From assembly GCA_025558095.1 (NCBI GenBank), contig JAIVFI010000047.1:42421-106420 (forward strand): a DNA stretch of 64,000 nucleotides. Direction: 5' to 3'. The DNA is from Hyaloraphidium curvatum SAG 235-1 (Eukaryota; Fungi; Monoblepharomycota). This document shows positions 36,173 to 47,659 of this stretch, one piece after another (within the stretch, counting starts at the first letter, position 1; the number at the start of each line of letters is the position of its first letter). The notes below the pieces were generated by a model. That model was not told where the DNA came from. It was given only the letters and a program-made list of their open reading frames with translations, and did no database searches. Position numbers and translations under genes: made by a program.

Positions 36173-37828
36173 ATGGAGCGCGTGACCCGCTCTTCGGAGA
36201 GCCGCGGGGGCGTCGGCACACGGCGCGCCGCGGCGGGCGCGGGTGCGCTGAACTCGCCCGTGGACTTCTCTCTCGAGTCTGTCGCTGCCGCCCCGCTCGC
36301 CCAGCTGCCGCCGCGGCTCATCGCCCCGGGGCCGATGGCGGGAAAGAATGTGCCGCAGTTTCTCTCCAAGCTCTTCAAGTGGGCCGGGTTGCGAACCCCC
36401 GCGCGGCTCCTCTGACACCGGGCCGAATCTCCGCAGCATGGTCAACGACCCCAACTCGGACAACCTGATCCACTGGAGCGAAGAGGGAAACTCGTTCATC
36501 GGTAGGAAGCGCGGCTATCGTGGCCCCGCCCCCCTCTGACCCCGGCCGCAGTCGAGAACCCGGACGAGTTTGCCCACGAGATCCTCCCCCGCTTCTTCAA
36601 GCACTCGAACTTCTCCTCCTTTGTCCGCCAGCTCAACATGTACGGCTTCCACAAAGTTCCGCACCTGCAGGCCGGCGCCCTGCTCCCTCCCCAGGAGGCC
36701 GAGCTGGCGACAGAGTTTGCCCACCCGCACTTCCTCCGGGACCAGCCCGAGCTGCTCTCGCTCGTCACGCGCAAAAAGGGGAAGGAGGAGGACAATCCGC
36801 AGGCCTTGTCGCCCGGCTCGTCGCTCGAACTGTCGACGCTGATCCAGGAGATGGCCGGCATCAAACGGCACCAGTTTGCGATCCAGAACGACCTCCAGAC
36901 GATGCAGAAGGCGAACCAGGAGATGTGGGCGGAAACGGAGAGCCTGCGGGCGCAGTACCAGAAGCAGCAGGAGCTCATCGAGAAGATCATCCAGTTCCTG
37001 GCCTCTGTGTTCCAGTCGAAGACTGGCCTGGGACAGGGGAAGCGGCGGAAGCTGGTCACGGGCGTGGCGCTGACGGACGACGACGACGACGAGGATGACG
37101 AGAACGCAGCCAACGGGATCGAGGAGATTCTGCAGCTGAGGCCGGAACCTGAGCAGCACGTGCATTGTGGGTGCTCTTGGAAGGGGCGTCTTCCTCACGA
37201 CTCTAAACTGCTTCAACTTGCAGCCGCGCGGCAAGGTCCCATCATTCTGCCCTTCAACGCCCCTTCACCCGCTGGCTCGAGCTCGTCCACCTCGAGCGCC
37301 GGCGCTTCCGCTCCCGCCGCCCGCAAGATCTCCGAGGCCAAACCCCCGTCTGCCGCCAAGGGCAAGAAGAAGGGCGCTGCATCTCCCGAACCGACGGAAA
37401 CCATCAACGGCGGACCCAGCACTCCCCCCGGGCCGGCTTCCGACGCGGTGATACCGCAGTCGACCGCCGCCCTCTTCAACCTCCCTCTGGCCTCGCTCGT
37501 CGCACCCCCTCCGACGGAAGCCATCGGCAACCTCTCCAAAATGGCGTCCAACATCGATCTGACCAAGGGGAGCGCGGATGCGCTGTCCAAGGACATTGAG
37601 AACCTGGAGCACTCGCTGGCCAACGTCCAATCGGCGCTCGGGGTCGACTTGGACGGCGGGAACATGGACCTTGACCAGTACCTGCAGCAGCACGACTTCG
37701 GCGGGACCGAAGAAGACCAGGCTGTGCTCCTGAAACTGTTGCAGGATCACCCGGACCTCTTTCTTACCCACGGCGTGGCACCGAAAACGGAGGACGAGGA
37801 GGATCCGATGAGCTTTTTGGACGTCTGA
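36173..37828 (+). CDS. HSF1: Heat shock transcription factor
   Basis: HSF DNA-binding domain VPQFLSKL..IHWSEEGNSF..LPRFFKHSNFSSFVRQLNMYGFHKV..EFAHPHF, then HR-A/B coiled coil ending QQELIEKIIQFL. Confidence 0.93.
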
Positions 37829-38108
37829 AGCGTCCAAAGCAATTGTCGATGTGTCGATGTGGACAGATATCTGTGTGCTGAATCAATCTCTGTCGCTGTC
37901 ACTGATGCTGGTTGGCCTGTGTGCGGACTACTGTAGCTTGCGCAGCACGGGGATGAGGCTCGGACGGACTGACGAAGGGCAAGGCGCGGCCGCTTCACAG
38001 GCGACTAGTATTACTCCCAGATTATAGCCCATGTACGAAGTCAGTCTTTTCGAAAGAGCGCGGCTCAGACGCCGCATCCCCATTTTGTCCCATCCATCCG
38101 TCCGTCTG

Positions 38109-38694
38109 TCACTTCTGGCCCGGCGCCGGCGAATCGGGCGGCTTGACCGCCGCGCCGTAGGATCCCCCGAAATCGTGCTCAAGCTGGCCCCCGCCCATGG
38201 CCGCAAAGATCCCCTCGTGCGACCCCGCCTGAGCCCCGTTGCCGGAGAACATGCCCAGCATCCCCGACGGCGGGCTCGCGGCATCCATGGGCGCATCGTG
38301 GAACCTGGGCTCCTCGCCGTGCTCGAAGGGCGAGAGCATGCGCTGCGGGTGCAGGAACTTTTCGCCGCCGCCCTCCCACCCCTTCGGGGGTGCCGGGGTA
38401 GCCGAACTCGCTGGAATGGGGTGGGAGTGGGGGGATCAGGTGGTGGCGGGGCCCGGGGCGGTGCGGGGAGCCCACCAGAAGGAGGTGCTGTCGCAGTCGC
38501 TGCACGACCGCTTGAAAACGGCGCCCGGCGTGGGCGATGCGGCGGCCAGGCTGATCAAAGGGCCGCGGCGCCGCGGGCGTCCGGAGGGGCGGGGAGCGGT
38601 GGCGGTTTCAGCGACAGCGCCGCTGCGGGCGTAAAGCGACCCACGGCACGGCCGCAGCCAGAGCGGAGATCAGCAGGCAGGCGGCGGACCTCAT
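38109..38694 (-). CDS. Small secreted chimeric protein: signal peptide + KR-SCSDC/GTPEG module + unrelated Gly/acidic tail
   Basis: MRSAACLLISALAAAVP, GPLISLAASPTPGAVFKRSCSDCDSTSF, EFGYPGTPEG. Similarity to the 39 kb paralog stops right after GTPEG. Confidence 0.55.
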
Positions 38695-39174
38695 GTTGTC
38701 GCGGGCAGCGTTCGCAGTAGGTTGCGACGGGTTGCGAAGTGGGAGGGGATCGAGGGACGCCGCGTCCCTGTCCTTGGGCCTGGACCATCGCCGCCCGCAT
38801 GCAGAGGGATGCAGGGGAACGCGAAAGCATCATCTCCCGCCGTCTTCCAGCCCCCATGACAAGCTCCCGCCACTGAGTTGGACCCGCGACGGGCGCTCCG
38901 AGTCACGGACGCTGGCCGGCGCGCGGAGGTTTGGGGACTGCGCTGACCGGGCGGCTCATGGTCCCTCGCGCGAGAACCGGATCTGGCTTGCCGCCGTTCC
39001 ACCTTCGAACCATCGTCGAGGACCGAAGTTGCGATCCTTGCATGGAATCATCGCACGCGACGGTTTCGTTTGCAATGACGCGTCTATCCGTTCGCGCTGC
39101 TTCGAGTCGGCATCGCAGAGAAACATACACTTGTGAATACGCCAACAGAGGTCTTTACAACAGCCCGGCCACCA

Positions 39175-39831
39175 TCAAATGCAGTCATACTTCTGAATAC
39201 CGCACCCGGCCTTGCTCCACGTGTGCATGTTGCCCGTGGTGTTGACGTGGCTCCGGATGGCCGACTGGAGCATGCAGTCGAGAGTGTTGCCGGACCAGAC
39301 GAAGCCGGTGCACTGCACGTTGGCGTCGCACGCGGCCTGGCACAGCGCGGCCGAGTTCTTGGTCCCCGCGTAGACGAGCCCGTCGGCGCTGCAGACGTTG
39401 TCGCCCGTGCCGCACTCCTCCCACACGGGGGCGTAGCGCCGGTACAGGCCCGCGCTGCGGGACACGGTCTCCGAGACGCAGGCAACCTGGCCCTCGGGGG
39501 TGCCGGGGTACGCGAACTCGCTGCAAGGGAACGGTCGCCGCGGGGGGGGGGGGGGGGGGGGTCAGCTGCTGATGGGGACCAGTGCGGTGCTGGCGCCCAC
39601 CAGAACGATTTGGAATCGCAATCGGTGCACGAGCGCTTGAACACGGCGCCCGGGGTAGGCGATGCCGTGATCAGGCTGATCAGGGGACCGCGACGGGAGA
39701 GGGCGAGGGAGCGCGAGCGTGGATGGCGCCGGCGTCAGCTTCCCGCCGCGCGCTGCGCGGGGCGCGGGGCGCGGGACCCACGGCGCGGCAACGGCGAGCG
39801 CGGCGATCAGCAGGCAGGGAAGCGTCCTCAT
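39175..39831 (-). CDS. Small secreted protein: signal peptide + KR-SCTDC/GTPEGQV module + PAN/Apple-like domain
   Basis: MRTLPCLLIAALAVAAP; AVFKRSCTDCDSKSF; EFAYPGTPEGQVAC; SAALCQAACDANVQCTGFVWSGNTLDCML (PAN/Apple Cys spacing). Confidence 0.7.
39542..39561. repeat. Poly-G homopolymer (~20 nt) inside an intron
   Basis: Read directly. Confidence 0.9.
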
Positions 39832-40709
39832 GGCTTGGCGCGCGGCGGCTGCGGCAACTTTCGATTCCGAGTGTGAAATGTGGGGTCGAGGGACTCGGTG
39901 TCCCCTGGCCTCGGCCTCTGCGGCGGCGGCACCGAATTGCCGCCCGCATCCCCACAAGGATGGAGGGGACTACAAAAGTGCCCGTGGCCGAGGAATCCCA
40001 CCTCCAGAAGAAGTCGCAAGCTCCCGGCTAGCAGATACGCACCCAAGATGAGCGCTCCGATGCATATGCTCTCACCGGCGAGCGTGGCTGGCACTTTGAG
40101 GGCCGTTCTGCTCGGGCGGCCCTGGCCCCAATGGCGCCGGCACGAGATCCGAATCAGCCTCACGCTGCTCGGCCCTTCAGTGTTTGACGATCTCAAGGAT
40201 TTCGTTTCGCGCCATATTGGCGAGGAAGAGCATTTGCTGGGAAGGGAATCATCGACTGCGAGGTGCGAAAGAGATCCAGAAACCTCGCGCGCCTAAGGAA
40301 TAGAAGATCACGATGGAGGACTCAGGTTCTATAGGTATCGCCTGCTTCTGATGTGGGTTTATGGTCCAGTTTAGGCCCTCAAACGGAAGCTCGAAGATGC
40401 GCACGAAGGATGTTGACTCGTTAGACCGCACCGGAGCATCGAAAGCTGAAGAGCCTGCGGCCATGATACTGTCCAGCGTGTTGTAGATAAATCACCTCCT
40501 TCGTCGGAATGATTTCGGCAAGAGGAATGTTCCTTCTCGCTGTAGTCCTGAGGCACGTCCTGCGGTCGGCGGCGAATCGACGCGCCGACCAAACTTCCAC
40601 AGCGCGAGACGTCCGAGGTTTACCCTCTTGTTGATCGTCGGTCGGAAGAGAATATCAGGCTCGTGCCATGAGTGGAGAAAGCAAGCCCGCCGCCGCCGCC
40701 GCCGCCGCA

Positions 40710-42333
40710 ATGGGCGTCCCCGCACTCCAAGACCCAACCTCTGCTGCCTCTCACGGCGACCCGAGCGCGCCGCACGGCGACCCAAGCGCGCCGGACGCCG
40801 ATTTCTCGCCCGAAGAATGGGTGTGCCTGTTCCCCGCCGCGACGCCGCCGTTCCGGCCGCTGCTGCAAGACGAGGAAGCAGGGGAAGCGGGGGGCGACCC
40901 CGCGGCCGAGTTCCGAGGAGCGCACCCCGTGACGTTCGAAACCATGCTGGCCGACTTCGACGACCCCGTGCTCCGAATGTTCGCTTTTCTCTCCGCGTCT
41001 CCGACCGCGAGCTTCCTGGGCTGGAGGACCACAGGACTTACTGGACTCTCCGAGTGCTTCATGCTGGCATTCCAGGGGCTGGCATGGGCGTGGAACGACG
41101 GCCGTTTCGGAACCAAACAGATGGCGGTGGGAATGGCTTCCCTGGCTATCATTGCCTCTATCGGCTTCGGAACTTTCGTTCTCTACGCCCTCGCCGTTCC
41201 CAGGGTGCCCAAGGTGCTCGATTTTTCCGCCCCGGCGGTGCTCTGCAGATGGCTGCAGCTGACGAGGAAGGAGGGAGGGGGGAAACCTGGAGCACCGGTC
41301 AATGCTGGAGCCCGCAATCTCGTCGCGCACGAAGAGGGTGACCGTTTCTGTCCGTGCTCTGTCTGTGTCGGCAACATCCAGCAGCTTGCAGCTTGTATGA
41401 CCTTCTTGGACATCGTTCTCAACTTCCTCGTTGGATTTTTCTGGGTATGGACTCCAGGTTGGACTGCACTTGTTACATATGGAGCCCAGCTGTGGTCCAC
41501 ATGGTGGGTTGCGTTCTCGGAGCAATCTACGGTTAGTGGCCTTGGCGTCGAGTGCTTCTGTTCACTCATCGCCATCTGCTTTGCAGCTTGCGCTTCGCTG
41601 GCGTACTTCAGGAACTGTGCTTGTCGCTTCGTTGGCATAGCCAACATTGCTTACGCTAGGCTTGAAGCAAGGCTGCACCATCGTGCTGTCTATGAGATCC
41701 ATGCTGGAAACTGTGCTCAACGGACGCCCGAACAGGCAGGGACCGTGGTTGTACGTTCGCCTGCACCACAGCTTTGCTGCGTGGTGCAAGACGCGGGAGA
41801 TCCAAGACCAAGCCATCGTCAGTAAATCGATGTTGGTCATCTTTTTGCCTTCGGTCGTCATTGCGATCGTTGTCAATGTCGTGAGTGGTTGGGACAGGGA
41901 ATCGAGCATCCGGGGTGCTGACGCTGCCGCCATCAAACAGGCGGCCGGATCCTGCGTCACTGCCTGGCTCCTCTTCGTCACCGGCTTGGTCGTCGTCTAC
42001 ATGCTCATCAACGCCATCAACCTCGCCTAGCGCAACAACCTCATCTCCGTCGTCGCATCGGCATACCACGATGCCCGGCGGGACCTCCGCACGGCGTGCC
42101 TCAAGCTCGGACCGACCCCTCTCGCCGCCGCGCTGGAGCAGCACGACCGCGTCATTGGCTCGTTCCTCGAGGTGTCGCGGTACAGCGCCAAGATTCTGGG
42201 GTTCACCGTCACCTACGGAGGCGTGCGGACCATGGTGGTCACGATGGTGACCCTCTCTGTGGCTCTGTGGAGCGTGTTCAGGTCTCTGGGGGTGTTCTTC
42301 ACGATGGAGAGCTTCTGTCCTTTGGTTGACTAG
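40710..42333 (+). pseudogene. Disrupted 7-TM (7TMIC/GRL-like) family paralog
   Basis: FSPEEWVCLFP, CPCSVC, AKILGFTVTYGGVRTMVVTMVTLSVALWSVF. Lesions relative to the 63 kb copy: 1-nt G loss near 41507, 8-nt deletion near 41690, TCG>TAG at 42028-42030. Introns at 41532-41586 and 41881-41940. Confidence 0.8.
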
Positions 42334-42395
42334 GAGGTGGAGCCAAAGGTGGCAAGAATCGCGATCGCCGCGCCGTCTATTCCGCCTCCGGCTCA
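41993..42395 (+). repeat. Near-identical inverted repeat arm 1 (partner at 62781-63194)
   Basis: Last exon plus 3' flank match the reverse complement of 62781-63194 with a handful of substitutions and one 11-nt indel. Confidence 0.9.
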
Positions 42396-43752
42396 GAGCT
42401 TCACCTTGGGATCGTCGCAGCTCACCTTCCACTTCCCTTGGCGGTCCCACTCCATCCCCGTGATCCCGCCCGGCGTGCCGGGCTTGCTGCTCCCGTACGA
42501 GAGCACCAGGCGGTGGTGCGAGTCGGCGGGGGTGCCCTTCTCCGTGGCCGAGTGGAGGGCGTCGCCGGGGAGGACAGCGACCTGGCGTGTGGGCAGTCGC
42601 GTCAGAAATGGAAACGGGGAAAGGAACGGGGCAAGTACCGTGTGGTCGCCGTCCTTGTAGAACTCGGGCTGGAACGCGGCGCGCTCGAAGGGCGTGCGCT
42701 CCTTCTTGCCCTCCACGAAGGGGCGGAGGTGCGACGCGGTGGGGTAGAACTTGGCCAGCTCCGTGAGCTGTCCGCAAAGTCAGCGACGGCAATCCCGGCA
42801 GGAACAGCGGACATCGAACCTGGTAGAACTGCGGCGGGAACATCCGCACCTCCCCCTTGTTGAACTTGTCCAGCGCCTCCTGCGGCGTCATCCACGTCAG
42901 GCTCAGCGTCTCAGTCCCATCCGCCGACGTCGTCCTCGAGTGCGCGCGGCCGATGGGGTACGGCAGGTACGTGAGGAAGAACTGGGTCCGGAACCGCTTG
43001 TGCTCCACGGTTGGCGTGTTCCAGTTGGCCCAGTGCACGAGGCGCCCGACGTCGGGGGCCATGCCGGTGCCTTCAAAGACCTTAGGGAAGGTCGGCGCCG
43101 AGGCATGGACCTCCTTGCGGATCTCTTGCAGGCCGCTGTCGGTCAGGGAGGTGGGGCGGCGGGGGTAGCTGAGCAGCAGGCCGACCTCCTCGAAGCTCTG
43201 GGTCGGACGTCAGTCCACAGGTCCTTGTCGGCCCAGAAAGGGGGAGAAAACCGACCTCCCGCACGGCTCCGATGTAGTACTCCAGCCCGACGTCGATCCC
43301 GTCCCCATTGGTCTTGCGGTTCAGCACGGCCTCGGCCTCGGCCTTCGGCACACCGTTGCGCTCCCACGTTTCCAGCAGCAGCTTCCGCCACAGCGGGTCC
43401 GAATCCACGGGCTCGATCGCGCCGCCTTGGCGGGGGAGACGTTTCAGCCCGGAACGCGGCGCCACAGAAAACGCGTCCGCCCACCGGGGTACACCGTCAG
43501 CCCGCCAAACGGGCCGCGCTGTGCGCGCTGGATCATCAGCACCTTGTACTTTTCGGGGTCCGCGCCCTCCTCGCTCGCGCAGACGATGAGCGACGCCGCC
43601 GGCTTGAGCGGCGGCGGGTTCGAAGGCGGGGTGCGCAGGAGCTCGGCCATGCCGCGGGCGGGGTTCCGGGAAGAAAGAAGCGAAGCTCGGAGGGGCGAGA
43701 GCGCGGCGGAGGCCGGGATGCGCGCAAGGAGGAGGGGGACACCGCGGCTCAT
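42393..43752 (-). CDS. Nudix hydrolase, NUDT19-like (acyl-CoA diphosphatase)
   Basis: KPAASLIV..VLMIQR..VYPGG..D..D, AVRESFEEVG, WANWNTP..KRFRTQFF, DGTE, MFPPQFY, LPGD; ends KVKL. Two in-frame ATGs (43752, 43650). Confidence 0.85.
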
Positions 43753-44275
43753 CAGGTGCGGGTGGCAAAGCCTAGTAGGCACTTCGCATGGTGCGAGTGC
43801 AAGTCGTGCCGATCCCCCCGCACGTGGGACGACGGGCAGCCGGCCTCGCCGCCGCCGCTGGATGCCATCAGGCAGAAGGGCGAGGTGCACGCTCGTACCG
43901 TACCGCAGTCGTCGAAGCCACCACGCGCCAGCCTTGACACCGCGCCGCAGAACCGAAAAAAGCTCACCTGAGGAGGCGGGTTCCCCGCAGGAGGGCCAAA
44001 ACCGTTAGTAGGCCCGCCGAAAGGGCCGTTGCCGAGAGGGATCATGAGGAGGAAGGCGGCGGCGCGGTGAGTAAAGTGCTTGAGGCGGGGCTGGCCCGAG
44101 GCGGCGGCGACGACGGCGTCAGGTAGAGTGGATGGATGCAAGCGGTAGCGCCTCTGTACCTTGACCTTCCCTGATTGATTCGATCCTATACTGTACACAG
44201 ATTCCATGTCTGAAGGTCCTCTACGTGTCGTCCAATCGAACAGAAAAGTCCTCCGTAGCTTGCCGGCACAGTCCG

Positions 44276-44700
44276 TCAAGCGGGGGCGGCACAGACCGCG
44301 CGATCGCCCCTCATCTCGCAGTGTTCGCTGTACCGCCATAGGCAAGAAACACGGTACCGGAAAGAGGCAGGATGAATGGCGAAAACATCATGGGATCGGT
44401 AAGGCGATGATTTCTCCACCGGGTCGAAGAAAAGACCCACGGCTCCAAGCACTCGTTCACCACCTCCTTGCCCTCGAAGCACTCGACCACGTGCCGCCCC
44501 TCGCAGTACTGACTTTCGCAAGGCTTGTTCCTGAACGAGAAGCGCGCCGGGGGGATGAGCGTCGGCTCGGGGAAGATGCCGGCGGGGACAGGGTGCTGCG
44601 CCTCTTCCGCGGCCATGGCCGGCCCGGCGACGGCGAGGAACAGCAGGGCGGCAAGGAGGGCGAAGAGGCAAATGCGGCGCAAAGAGGCGGAGGCGGGCAT
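44276..44700 (-). CDS. Small secreted six-cysteine protein (CBM19/chitin-binding-like spacing)
   Basis: Signal peptide; spliced mature end CESQYCEGRHVVECFEGKEVVNECLEPEHCEMRGDRAVCAAPA*. Confidence 0.55.
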
Positions 44701-44973
44701 CGTTGACGCCGGTCACGGAGTTCGTCGGGAACCGAACGGAGTGATGGAATGAATCACCGGCGACCAACGGCGACTTCGAATCACTGGCCGGCTGGAGCAA
44801 GCTTCGAATCACACGCGGCTGGAGCACCCTCGAGTAAGAGCAAGCAGCTATGATCATGGCAATCTGCATTACACATCTCTATGGGAACGTCTATCGGGCG
44901 CCGGAAGCCCGCCCCGGCCCCCGCGAGTGCCGTCACGTCCAGGATTCCAGCATGCAGGTACGGAAAGGAAGGC

Positions 44974-47315
44974 TCAGAGGCCCTTGAGGTCCACCTGCAC
45001 CTCGTCCCGGAGCTTGTCCTTGTACTGCGCGATGGTGCCCTCCCACTTCGTGACGGTGCCGTTTTCTGGCAAAGGGAATGGATCAGCATCGTGGCGTTGT
45101 CAAGATCCTGAAGGAGACCAACCGCAGACGAGGATGTCCTCGGCCACCTGACTGATGAGCCGGAAGTCGTGCGAGACGAGCACGACGCCGCCGGTGAACT
45201 CGTTGATGGCGTCCGCGAGGGCGTCGATCGAATCGATGTCGCTGGACAACAGAGTCAGATGGAGCTTCGGGGCCAATCCACGCGCAACTCACAGAGCGTT
45301 GGTCGGTTCGTCGAACAGGATGATGTGCGGCCTGCTGAGCGCGATCTCGCAAAACACGATCCTCGCGCGCTGCCCGTCCGACAGGTTCCGGATCGGGCAA
45401 AGCTGCGAGTTGCCCGTCAGGCCGAACCGGCCGATCTGCTGGCGCCAGAACTGCAGCTCCCGCGGGAGGTCGGGGAACTTGCTGCGCAGGTACTCGATGG
45501 CCGACGCCGTCATGTCGAGCTGGTCCGCGGCGTGCTGGTGGTACCGGACCATCTTCATGTTGGTGTGCCGCGAGACGGTGCCGTTGACGGGGACGAGCTC
45601 GCCGGTCATGAGCTTCAGGAGCGTCGATTTGCCTAGCAGAGGCAAGAAAGTGAGCAAATCATTCCGCCGCAGGTCTCGAAGATTCACGCACCGGCTCCGT
45701 TCGGCCCGACGAGCGCCACCCGCGAGTCCATGTCCACGCCGAGGTCCAGGTCCTTGTAGATCAGGTCCTCCCGCTTCTGGCTCCCGTTGTAGCTGAACGA
45801 CACCTGGGTGAAGGCCACCAGCGGCGGCGGCAGCTTCCCGATCTCCTGGAAGTAGAACGCCGTCGTCTTGCGCTTCTCGACCTTCTCCACAAGGCCGTCG
45901 GCCTCCATCTTGTCCAGGATCTTCTGGCGCGACTTGGCCTGCCGCACCAGGTTCGCGTACGTGCCGACCGAGGCGATGAACTCCTTCATGTGCTTGATCT
46001 CGGCCTGCTGCTTGTCGAACTGCTTGTTCTGGTTGACCGAGAGCTCGTCGAAGGTCTGGACGTACTGGTCGTAGTTGCCCGTGTAGTACTGGAGCGTCTT
46101 TTTTGGCGTCCAGTCAATGATGTTCTAAACGGCGGTCGCAGGTGAGCATCAAGACAACCGGTGTCCAGCACAAGCGATCCCACCGTGCAGACGTTGTTGA
46201 GGAAGTCCTGGGAGTGGGAGACGATGAGGAGGATGCGGTCGTAGCGCTTGAGGTACTCCTCGAGCCACACGCAGGCGCCGAGGTCTGAAGCAGCAGAAGT
46301 GAGCGAGGAGAATGATCAATCGCAACGCCTGCGCTCACCAAGGTGGTTCGTAGGTTCATCCATGATCAAGAGCGTGGGTCTCACGAACAGGGCCCGGGCA
46401 AGGCTGACCCTCATCCGCCAACCACCGCTCAGGTCCTTGGTCATCTTCTTCATCCGCTTCGCGTCGAAGCCCAGACCGTGGAGGATCATCGAGGCGCGCG
46501 CCTCGAAGGTGTTGGGGTCCAGCCGGTCAATCGACTCGTAGATCCCGTCGAGCAGCTCCGACTCCGGGTCCTCGGTGAGGATCTGTTCCATCAAGTCCTC
46601 CAGGCGCTGAAGAAAAGAGAGATCAGGTCCACGGGAAACCAAATGGTGGGCAAGCTCGACCAACCTTGACCTCCTCGGCACCGATAGCAACGACGGCCTC
46701 CAAAGCGGTCTGCTCCGTCGCCGCGTACTCCTCCTTCAGCAGATAGATGTCGATGTGATCCGGGATAGGAGCCTCGCGGGCGGCAAGGGAGCGAAGGAAG
46801 GTAGATTTGCCTGGGCAACGACGGTGGTCAGATCAATGCCCAGCGTGGTTCCGAACTCGCCCAGACAACAGCCCAAAGGCCAGAGCTGATGCGGTCCCTC
46901 CACACGTCCAAAGATGACGAGACCCACCGCAGCCGTTGGCGCCGATGAGACCATAACGCCGACCAAAGTTGAGTTCGATGGTCGTCTCCTGCAGCAAGAT
47001 GTTGCTGTAGAAAGAAAGGGAGTACAACTCGATCTTGATGTCCCTCGATTGACGGTGAGACGTCAGGACGCCGGAGCTGGTCCGGTTTCCGGCCTCCGGG
47101 TCGGGGGCCGTGGTGGAGCCGCCTAGCGAGAGGTTCGAGACGGACGAAGCCAGTGTTTCCGCCGACTCGTCGCTCCTGTCCGACAGGGCGGGGGAGGCAG
47201 CCCGCTTCTCAGCGTCCTTGGCGGCCTTCGAGGAGGGGGCGGCCTTTCCGTTGGCCTTGGCGGCGCCGTTGGCCTTGGCAGGCGCCGGCTTCGTGGCCTT
47301 CGCTTTCGGAGGCAT
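44974..47315 (-). CDS. ARB1: ABC-F family ATPase ABCF2/Arb1
   Basis: [67 protein letters not shown]; no TM segments. Confidence 0.94.
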
Positions 47316-47659
47316 GGCGTGTCCGGGAGAAGACAGCGACCTCAGGAGCGTTCAGAAAAGACCGCCGAAGAAGTCAGAGGGGCCCGAAGAGGTGGCAGGA
47401 GGCGGCGTCCGGGTGTGGAACGAGGCAAGAGGTGCGGGAGAAAAATGGCGGGCCGAGCCTGCGCTGGGACGACCGCCCCAACAAGGCGGCTGACCTGGTG
47501 ATTTCTCGGACAGGAAGGCCATCGAAAGAGGATGATGTCTATTCTTGGTCCGCCCTGTCGCTCGGAAGACCCAGGAATCGCTCCATAAAGGCCTTGTAGC
47601 GCGGACGCATCAGCTCCAAGAGCTGCCAAGGAGCTGGTAAGCCCGAGGACGATGATTTC

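Noticed and set aside
43860-44045. Short minus-strand ATG exon (MIPLGNGPFGG..PPPQ|GTGAG) upstream of the Nudix gene
   Set aside because: Has a plausible donor, but no downstream exon could be joined convincingly; not enough to call a gene.
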